Virus record (IMG/VR): IMGVR_UViG_2541047758_000012
Length of the DNA stretch: 5,400 nucleotides
Source of the DNA: a virus
Lineage: Duplodnaviria > Heunggongvirae > Uroviricota > Caudoviricetes
Direction: 5' to 3' (one strand)
The translations under genes and the position numbers were made by a program. Under the pieces are notes generated by a model. It searched no databases. It worked only from the letters and a program-made list of their open reading frames with translations, and was not told where the DNA came from. Below are positions 1 to 5,400 of this stretch, piece by piece (positions within the stretch are counted from its first letter, which is position 1; each line of letters begins with the position of its first letter).

Positions 1-519
1 ATGGCAATGCCGCGCAAACTCAAGTTAATGAACGTCTTTCTGAACGGCTACAGCTATCAGGGCGTTGCAAAGTCCGTCACGCTGCCAAAACTGACCCGTA
101 AGCTCGAAAACTATCGCGGTGCGGGAATGAACGGCAGCGCACCGGTAGACCTCGGCCTTGATGACGATGCGCTGTCAATGGAGTGGTCGCTCGGGGGCTT
201 CCCGGATTCGGTTATCTGGGAGCTTTACGCCGCAACCGGTGTGGATGCTGTGCCGATTCGTTTTGCCGGTTCTTACCAGCGCGACGATACCGGCGAAACG
301 GTGGCCGTCGAGGTGGTCATGCGTGGCCGTCAGAAAGAAATCGACACCGGCGAGGGTAAACAAGGAGAAGACACCGAGTCGAAAATCTCCGTGGTCTGCA
401 CCTATTTCCGGCTGACGATGGACGGTAAGGAGCTGGTCGAAATCGACACCATCAACATGATTGAGAAGGTGAACGGCGTCGACCGGCTGGAGCAACACCG
501 CCGCAATATCGGCCTGTAA
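1..519 (+). CDS. FII: Major tail tube protein (P2 gpFII family), 172 aa
   Basis: ORF starts at ATG at nt 1 and ends at TAA 517-519. The translation (MAMPRKLKLMNVFLNGYSYQGVAKS...) matches the P2 FII tail tube protein from memory, and it sits directly upstream of E/E'/T as in the P2 FETUD operon. The upstream RBS and promoter lie outside the window, so the start is only as certain as the first ATG. Confidence 0.88.
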   Translation: MAMPRKLKLMNVFLNGYSYQGVAKSVTLPKLTRKLENYRGAGMNGSAPVDLGLDDDALSMEWSLGGFPDSVIWELYAATGVDAVPIRFAGSYQRDDTGETVAVEVVMRGRQKEIDTGEGKQGEDTESKISVVCTYFRLTMDGKELVEIDTINMIEKVNGVDRLEQHRRNIGL

Positions 520-526
520 TTTTCAT

Positions 527-547
527 CCGGTCAGCCTGGCTGACCGG
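527..547. promoter_or_regulatory. 21-bp perfect palindrome / RNA stem-loop (9-bp stem, 3-nt loop) in the FII-E intergenic region
   Basis: CCGGTCAGC-CTG-GCTGACCGG, with every position of the two arms complementary. It lies 8 nt after the FII stop and 29 nt before the E start. There is no downstream U-tract, so it is not a canonical intrinsic terminator. Confidence 0.45.
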
Positions 548-575
548 TTAACCCTGATTCAGAAGTGAGAAAACC

Positions 576-851
576 ATGAACAAAGAAAATGTCATTACCC
601 TGGACAATCCGGTCAAACGTGGTGAGCAGGTTATCGAACAGGTCACGCTGATGAAACCCAATGCCGGGACGCTGCGCGGTGTCAGTCTGGCTGCGGTTGC
701 AAACTCCGAAGTCGATGCACTGATTAAGGTGCTGCCGCGCATGACGGCACCGATGCTGACCGAGCAGGAAGTCGCCGCGCTGGAACTGCCTGACCTTGTG
801 GCGCTGGCCGGTAAGGTGGTCGGTTTTTTGTCGCCGAACTCGGTGCAGTGA
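576..851 (+). CDS. E: Tail assembly chaperone gpE, 91 aa (zero-frame product)
   Basis: ATG at 576 follows a purine-rich stretch (AGTGAGAAAACC), and the ORF stops at TGA 849-851. Size and position between the tube and tape measure genes match P2 gpE and are analogous to lambda G. It contains the slippery heptamer near its 3' end. Confidence 0.85.
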   Translation: MNKENVITLDNPVKRGEQVIEQVTLMKPNAGTLRGVSLAAVANSEVDALIKVLPRMTAPMLTEQEVAALELPDLVALAGKVVGFLSPNSVQ

Positions 852-1003
852 CGTTTCCAAAAAATCTCTCGGTCGATGACCTGATGGCGGATGTGGCAGT
901 GATATTTCACTGGCCGCCATCAGAACTGTATCCCATGAGCCTGACCGAACTCATCACATGGCGCGAAAAGGCGCTCCGGCGAAGCGGAAACACGAATGAG
1001 TAA
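576..1003 (+). CDS. E+E': Tail assembly chaperone E+E' fusion made by programmed -1 ribosomal frameshift; join(576..830, 830..1003), about 142 aa
   Basis: Slippery heptamer T_TTT_TTG at 824-830 lies in the E frame (GGT TTT TTG). After a -1 slip, reading continues from nt 830 (GTC GCC GAA CTC ...) for 57 codons to TAA at 1001-1003 without a stop, overlapping the T start codon at 996. This matches the known P2 E/E' arrangement, which is analogous to lambda G/GT. Confidence 0.75.
824..830 (+). other. -1 programmed ribosomal frameshift slippery heptamer TTTTTTG (X_XXY_YYZ)
   Basis: Read directly from the sequence: cggTTTTTTGtcg, with zero-frame codons TTT (825-827) and TTG (828-830). The -1 frame is open from here to 1003. 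Confidence 0.75.
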
Positions 1004-3443
1004 CAATGTAAAATTACAGGTATTGCTCAGGGCTGTTGACCAGGCATCCCGCCCGTTTAAATCCATCCGTACAGCGAGCAAATCGCTGTCGGGGGATATC
1101 CGGGAAACACAAAAATCACTGCGCGAGCTGAACGGTCACGCATCCCGTATTGAGGGATTTCGCAAGACCAGTGCACAGCTTGCCGTGACTGGTCATGCAC
1201 TTGAAAAGGCACGGCAGGAAGCTGAAGCCCTTGCCACACAGTTTAAAAACACCGAACGTCCGACCCGTGCTCAGGCGAAAGTCCTGGAATCCGCAAAGCG
1301 TGCGGCGGAGGACTTACAGGCGAAATATAACCGCCTGACAGATTCCGTTAAACGCCAGCAGCGGGAACTGGCCGCTGTGGGAATTAATACCCGCAATCTT
1401 GCACATGATGAGCAGGGACTGAAAAATCGTATCAGTGAAACCACCGCACAGCTTAACCGGCAGCGTGACGCGCTGGCGCGTGTCAGTGCGCAACAGGCAA
1501 AACTTAATGCAGTAAAACAGCGTTATCAGGCCGGAAAGGAACTGGCCGGAAATATGGCCTCAGTGGGCGCTGCCGGTGTGGGGATTGCTGCTGCGGGAAC
1601 GATGGCCGGAGTTAAGTTGCTGATGCCCGGTTATGAGTTTGCGCAGAAAAACTCAGAATTGCAGGCCGTGCTCGGTGTGGCAAAAGACTCCGCCGAAATG
1701 ACCGCACTCCGCAAACAGGCGCGCCAGCTCGGCGACAACACCGCCGCCTCAGCGGATGATGCGGCTGGTGCGCAGATTATCATTGCGAAAGCGGGTGGAG
1801 ATGCTGCGGCTATTCAGGCGGCAACGCCGGTAACACTGAATATGGCACTGGCGAATCAGCGGTCGATGGAAGAAAACGCGCAACTGTTGCTGGGGACTAA
1901 GGCATCCTTTCAACTGTCAAATGATAATGTCGCCCATATCGGCGACGTGCTCTCGACAACGATGAATAAATCGGCCGCTGATTTTCACGGAATGAGTGAT
2001 GCACTGACTTATGCCGGACCGGTGGCTAGGACTGCCGGTGTAAGCATTGAACAGGCCGCCGCAATGACAGGTGTGCTGCATGATGATAAAATTAGGGGTT
2101 CAATGGCGGGGACGGGGAGCCGTGCCGTGGTCAGCCGTTTGCAGGCACCGACGGGAAAAGCATGGGATGCACTCAAAGAGCTTGGCGTGAAAACCTCAGA
2201 CAACAAGGGAAACATGCGTCCGTTGTTTACCATTCTGAAAGAGATGCAGGCCAGCTTTGATAAACACAGGCTGGGAACGTCCCAGAAGGGTGAATACATT
2301 AAAACTATTTTCGGTGAGGAAGCCCTGAAATCAGCGAACGTTTTGCTGGCAGCGGCAGCAAGCGGAAAACTGGATAAGCTGACCGCCACGCTGAAAGCCT
2401 CGGACGGTAAAACGGAAGAGCTGGTTAAAATCATGCAGGATAACCTCGGCGGTGACTTTAAGGAGTTTCAGTCTGCTTATGAGGCGGTGGGGACTGACCT
2501 GTTTGACCAGCAGGAAGGCGCACTGCGTAATCTCACACAGACGGCCACAAAGTATGTGTTAAAACTCGATGGCTGGATCCAGAAAAACAAATCACTGGCG
2601 TCAACCATCGGCCTCATTGCCGGTGGCGCACTGGCGCTGACTGCTGTCATCGGTGCCATTGGCCTCGTAGCCTGGCCGGTTATCACTGGCATCAATGCCA
2701 TCATCGCGGCAGCAGGCGCAATGGGGGCAATCTTCACGACGGTTGGCAGTGCTGTTATGACGGCCATCGGGGCGATTAGCTGGCCGGTTGTGGCTGTGGT
2801 GGCCGCCATTGTCGCCGGGGCGTTGCTTATCCGTAAATACTGGGAGCCTGTCAGCGCATTCTTTGGCGGTGTGGTGGAAGGGCTGAAAGCGGCATTTGCG
2901 CCGGTGGGAGAACTGTTCACGCCACTGAAGCCGGTGTTTGACTGGCTGGGCGAAAAGTTACAGGCCGCGTGGCAGTGGTTTAAAAACCTGATTGCCCCGG
3001 TTAAAGCCACACAGGACACCCTGAACCGTTGCCGTGACACGGGCGTCATGTTCGGGCAGGCACTGGCTGACGCGTTGATGCTGCCGCTTAATGCGTTCAA
3101 CAAACTGCGCAGTGGTATTGACTGGGTACTGGAAAAACTCGGTGTTATCAACAAAGAGTCAGACACACTTGACCAGACCGCCGCAAGGACTAATGCCGCC
3201 ACGTATGGCACTGGTGGTTATATTCCGGCGACCAGCTCTTATGCAGGCTATCAGGCTTATCAGCCGGTCACGGCACCGGCTGGCCGCTCTTATGTGGACC
3301 AGAGTAAAAACGAATATCACATCAGCCTGACGGGAGGTACTGTGCAGGGGACACAGCTCGACCGCCAGTTACAGGATGCACTCGAAAAATATGAGCGGGA
3401 TAAACGAGCGCGCGCCCGTGCCAGCATGATGCATGACGGTTAA
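996..3443 (+). CDS. T: Tail tape measure protein gpT, 815 aa
   Basis: Long ORF immediately after the chaperone genes. The N-terminal about 180 aa is charged and rich in Q/R/A/L/E (coiled-coil-like); the middle is Ala/Gly-rich; a long hydrophobic Gly/Ala/Ile/Val-rich segment spans about aa 533-612. This is the standard tape measure architecture, and the length matches P2 gpT. The start codon overlaps the end of E'. Confidence 0.9.
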   Translation: MSNNVKLQVLLRAVDQASRPFKSIRTASKSLSGDIRETQKSLRELNGHASRIEGFRKTSAQLAVTGHALEKARQEAEALATQFKNTERPTRAQAKVLESAKRAAEDLQAKYNRLTDSVKRQQRELAAVGINTRNLAHDEQGLKNRISETTAQLNRQRDALARVSAQQAKLNAVKQRYQAGKELAGNMASVGAAGVGIAAAGTMAGVKLLMPGYEFAQKNSELQAVLGVAKDSAEMTALRKQARQLGDNTAASADDAAGAQIIIAKAGGDAAAIQAATPVTLNMALANQRSMEENAQLLLGTKASFQLSNDNVAHIGDVLSTTMNKSAADFHGMSDALTYAGPVARTAGVSIEQAAAMTGVLHDDKIRGSMAGTGSRAVVSRLQAPTGKAWDALKELGVKTSDNKGNMRPLFTILKEMQASFDKHRLGTSQKGEYIKTIFGEEALKSANVLLAAAASGKLDKLTATLKASDGKTEELVKIMQDNLGGDFKEFQSAYEAVGTDLFDQQEGALRNLTQTATKYVLKLDGWIQKNKSLASTIGLIAGGALALTAVIGAIGLVAWPVITGINAIIAAAGAMGAIFTTVGSAVMTAIGAISWPVVAVVAAIVAGALLIRKYWEPVSAFFGGVVEGLKAAFAPVGELFTPLKPVFDWLGEKLQAAWQWFKNLIAPVKATQDTLNRCRDTGVMFGQALADALMLPLNAFNKLRSGIDWVLEKLGVINKESDTLDQTAARTNAATYGTGGYIPATSSYAGYQAYQPVTAPAGRSYVDQSKNEYHISLTGGTVQGTQLDRQLQDALEKYERDKRARARASMMHDG

Positions 3444-3450
3444 GGAGGTG
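3442..3450 (+). promoter_or_regulatory. Shine-Dalgarno sequence for U (AAGGAGGTG)
   Basis: AAGGAGGTG lies 7 nt upstream of the ATG at 3458 and overlaps the T stop codon TAA at 3441-3443. Confidence 0.65.
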
Positions 3451-3457
3451 ACGAAAA

Positions 3458-3937
3458 ATGATGCTCGCGTTAGGTATGTTTGTTTTTATGCGCCAGACGT
3501 TGCCACACCAGACCATGCAGCGTGAATCAGATTATCGCTGGCCGTCAAATTCCCGTATCGGTAAACGGGATGCCTATCAGTTTCTCGGTGTTGGTGAGGA
3601 AAACATGACGCTGGCCGGTGTGCTTTATCCCGAACTGACTGGCGGCAAGCTGACGATGACCACGCTCAGGCTGATGGCAGAGGAGGGGCGGGCGTGGCCG
3701 TTGCTGGATGGCACCGGCATGATTTACGGCATGTATGTCATCAGCAGGGTGAGTGAAACAGGGAGTATTTTCTTTGCAGACGGCACACCCCGGAAAATTG
3801 ATTTTACGCTGTCGCTCACCCGCGTTGATGAATCACTGGCCGCGCTTTATGGCGATATCGGTAAACAGGCGGAATCGCTCATCGGTAAGGCTGGCAGTAT
3901 GGCGACTAAATTCACGGGTATGACGGGGGCGGGATAA
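3458..3937 (+). CDS. U: Tail protein gpU (P2 GpU family), 159 aa
   Basis: ATG-ATG at 3458/3461 preceded by a strong SD; stop TAA at 3935-3937. The translation (MMLALGMFVFMRQTLPHQ...) matches P2 gpU from memory, and the gene sits between T and D as in P2. Confidence 0.85.
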   Translation: MMLALGMFVFMRQTLPHQTMQRESDYRWPSNSRIGKRDAYQFLGVGEENMTLAGVLYPELTGGKLTMTTLRLMAEEGRAWPLLDGTGMIYGMYVISRVSETGSIFFADGTPRKIDFTLSLTRVDESLAALYGDIGKQAESLIGKAGSMATKFTGMTGAG

Positions 3938-5100
3938 TGCTGGATGCACTGACATTTGATGCAGGCAGTACGCTGACGCCGGATTACATGCTGATGCTCG
4001 ACAGCAGGGATATTACTGGCAATATCAGCGACCGTCTGATGAGCATGACCCTGACGGATAACCGGGGCTTTGAGGCTGACCAGCTTGATATTGAACTGAA
4101 CGATGCCGACGGGCAGGTCGGGCTGCCGGTTCGTGGCGCTGTCCTGACGGTGTATATCGGCTGGAAAGGTTTTGCCCTGGTATGCAAAGGGAAATTTACC
4201 GTTGATGAGGTTGAACACCGGGGCGCACCGGATGTGGTCACCATCCGCGCCCGGAGTGCAGATTTTCGCGGGACGCTCAATTCCCGCCGTGAAGGCTCAT
4301 GGCATGACACCACGCTCGGTGCGATTGTTGAGGCGATAGCCTCCCGTAACAGGCTGGAAGCCAGTGTCGCGCCGTCACTGGCCGGAATTAAAATCCCGCA
4401 CATCGACCAGTCGCAGGAGTCTGATGCGAAATTCCTGACCCGTCTTGCAGAACGCAACGGCGGTGAGGTGTCGGTAAAAATGGGAAAACTGTTGTTTCTC
4501 AAAGCGGGGCAGGGGGTGACGGCCAGCGGTAAAAAAATCCCGCAGGTCACCATAACCCGCAGCGACGGCGACCGCCATCATTTTGCGATTGCTGACCGTG
4601 GAGCCTATACCGGCGTAACGGCAAAGTGGTTACACACCAAAGACCCGAAGCCGCAAAAGCAGAAGGTAAAACTGAAACGCAAAAAGAAAGAGAAACACCT
4701 GCGCGCACTGGAGCACCCGAAAGCGAAACCAGTCACGCAGAAGAAAGCGCCAAAAGTACCGGAAGCGCGCGAAGGTGAATACATGGCTGGTGAGGCTGAC
4801 AATGTTTTTGCCCTGACTACGGTATATGCCACAAAAGCGCAGGCCATGCGCGCCGCTCAGGCGAAGTGGGATAAACTGCAACGGGGCGTTGCGGAGTTCT
4901 CCATCAGCCTGGCTACCGGTCGGGCAGATATTTACACGGAAACGCCGGTCAAAGTATCAGGCTTTAAGCGCGTCATAGACGAGCAGGACTGGACAATCAC
5001 TAAGGTGACACATTTTCTGAATAATAGCGGCTTCACGACGTCCTTAGAGCTTGAGGTCAGGCTTTCTGATGTGGAGTACGAAACAGAAGATGATGGGTGA
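3937..5100 (+). CDS. D: Tail protein gpD (Phage_GPD / late control gene D family; gp27/VgrG-N-like baseplate hub), 387 aa
   Basis: ATG at 3937 overlaps the U stop codon (ATAATG, 1-nt overlap); stop TGA at 5098-5100. Length and position match P2 gpD. It contains a lysine-rich low-complexity segment at about aa 234-278. Confidence 0.85.
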   Translation: MLDALTFDAGSTLTPDYMLMLDSRDITGNISDRLMSMTLTDNRGFEADQLDIELNDADGQVGLPVRGAVLTVYIGWKGFALVCKGKFTVDEVEHRGAPDVVTIRARSADFRGTLNSRREGSWHDTTLGAIVEAIASRNRLEASVAPSLAGIKIPHIDQSQESDAKFLTRLAERNGGEVSVKMGKLLFLKAGQGVTASGKKIPQVTITRSDGDRHHFAIADRGAYTGVTAKWLHTKDPKPQKQKVKLKRKKKEKHLRALEHPKAKPVTQKKAPKVPEAREGEYMAGEADNVFALTTVYATKAQAMRAAQAKWDKLQRGVAEFSISLATGRADIYTETPVKVSGFKRVIDEQDWTITKVTHFLNNSGFTTSLELEVRLSDVEYETEDDG

Positions 5101-5118
5101 TGTTTTTATTTTATCTGT

Positions 5119-5147
5119 TTGTTTTATAAGGATAAATTAACTAAAAT
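5119..5147 (+). promoter_or_regulatory. Candidate sigma70-type promoter for ogr (-35 TTGTTT, 17-bp spacer, -10 TAAAAT)
   Basis: AT-rich D-ogr intergenic region with TTGTTT at 5119-5124 and TAAAAT at 5142-5147, separated by 17 bp. It is positioned so that a transcript would start about 30 nt upstream of the ogr ATG at 5182. This is a hexamer match by eye only. Confidence 0.3.
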
Positions 5148-5181
5148 GGCACCATCAACAAAACCGGAAGAGGTGCTCGCG

Positions 5182-5400
5182 ATGTTTCATTGTCCTTTAT
5201 GTCAGCATGCCGCACATGCGCGTACAAGTCGCTATATCACTGACACGACAAAAGAGCGTTATCACCAGTGTCAGAACGTGAATTGCAGCGCCACGTTCAT
5301 CACTTATGAGTCGGTACAGCGATACATTGTGAAGCCGGGAGAAGTCCACGCCGTAAGGCCGCACCCGTTGCCATCAGGGCAGCAAATTATGTGGATGTAA
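5182..5400 (+). CDS. ogr: Late gene transcriptional activator Ogr (Ogr/Delta zinc-finger family), 72 aa
   Basis: The translation from ATG 5182 (MFHCPLCQHAAHARTSRYITDTTKERYHQCQNVNCSATF...) has a Cys4 motif CX2C-X22-CX4C and matches P2 Ogr from memory. It is preceded by GAAGAGG about 9 nt upstream and stops at TAA 5398-5400. In-frame upstream starts exist (ATG 5146, TTG 5119), but the 72-aa form is the described protein. Confidence 0.85.
   Translation: MFHCPLCQHAAHARTSRYITDTTKERYHQCQNVNCSATFITYESVQRYIVKPGEVHAVRPHPLPSGQQIMWM

Noticed and set aside
158-498. 85-aa + strand and 107-aa - strand ORFs inside FII
   Set aside because: Out-of-frame or antisense within the tail tube CDS. The FII frame gives the recognisable protein.
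531-920. 129- and 120-aa - strand ORFs covering gene E and the E' extension
   Set aside because: Antisense to E/E', where both sense frames are already used by the frameshift pair. The translations are Arg/His/Ser-rich with no recognisable features.
1057-1239. 60-aa - strand ORF at the 5' end of T
   Set aside because: Short antisense ORF inside the T CDS.
2009-2434. 141-aa ORF on the - strand inside gene T
   Set aside because: Antisense to the well-supported T CDS, with Ser/Ala/Leu-rich low-complexity translation and no independent signals.
2477-3211. 244-aa ORF on the - strand inside gene T
   Set aside because: It is entirely antisense to the tape measure CDS, and its translation is a low-complexity Ala/Ser/Thr/Pro-rich mirror of the Gly/Ala-rich T segment. 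There is no RBS or start context. It is an antisense shadow of a GC-rich gene.
3091-3330. 79-aa + strand ORF in an alternative frame of T
   Set aside because: Out-of-frame within T, with an Arg/Leu-rich translation and no RBS. There is no slippery site that would suggest a second recoding event.
3322-3516. 64-aa - strand ORF across the T-U junction
   Set aside because: Antisense across a coupled junction that contains the U Shine-Dalgarno. No support.
3847-4218. 123-aa ORF on the - strand spanning the U-D junction
   Set aside because: Antisense to two tightly coupled, well-supported genes, with no start context.
3984-4553. 189-aa ORF on the - strand inside gene D
   Set aside because: Fully embedded antisense to gpD, with a low-complexity Ser/Pro/Arg-rich translation. 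The D reading frame explains the region.
4375-4581. 68-aa - strand ORF inside gene D
   Set aside because: Short antisense ORF inside the D CDS, with no start context or recognisable translation.
4605-4881. Two overlapping - strand ORFs (80 and 83 aa) rich in Phe
   Set aside because: They are the reverse complement of the lysine-codon (AAA/AAG) run in gpD, which reads as TTT/CTT (Phe/Leu). This is a compositional artefact.
5060-5130. Possible intrinsic terminator after D
   Set aside because: There is a T-rich tract (TGTTTTTATTTTATCTGTTTGTTTT), but I could not find a GC-rich stem immediately upstream, so I do not call a terminator.
5119-5181. N-terminally extended Ogr (93 aa from TTG 5119, or 84 aa from ATG 5146)
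   Set aside because: The extension would begin inside the AT-rich putative promoter, and the described Ogr is the 72-aa zinc-finger protein starting MFHCPLCQ. It is kept only as an alternative in the findings.
1-5400. A novel defence or accessory system in this window
   Set aside because: The + strand is saturated by six or seven well-recognised tail and regulatory genes with overlapping or coupled junctions. There is no unassigned ORF, repeat array or unusual composition island, so claiming a new system would be unsupported.
1-5400. Chi sites (GCTGGTGG) or a CRISPR-like repeat array
   Set aside because: Scanning by eye found only near-matches (for example GCTGGTGC and ACTGGTGG) and no regularly spaced direct repeats.

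Overview
This window is the conserved distal tail-gene block of a P2-like temperate myovirus (Peduovirus-type phage or prophage of an enterobacterial host), all on the + strand: FII (tail tube), E and its frameshift extension E+E' (tail assembly chaperones), T (tape measure), U, D (baseplate hub family), then the small zinc-finger late activator ogr. The translated proteins match what I recall of phage P2 very closely (same order, same lengths of 172/91/815/159/387/72 aa, and Ogr looks identical to my recollection), so this is most likely P2 itself or a near-identical prophage. I could not run a search to confirm this. I do not see a novel or undescribed system here: there is no unexplained coding capacity, no gap larger than about 80 nt, no CRISPR, no RNA genes and no mobile elements. 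The points worth a second look are small-scale: the programmed -1 frameshift site, a 21-bp perfect palindrome between FII and E, the hydrophobic glycine-rich segment of the tape measure, a lysine-rich segment in gpD, and the ogr promoter and start region. All other six-frame ORFs are antisense or out-of-frame shadows of the real genes.
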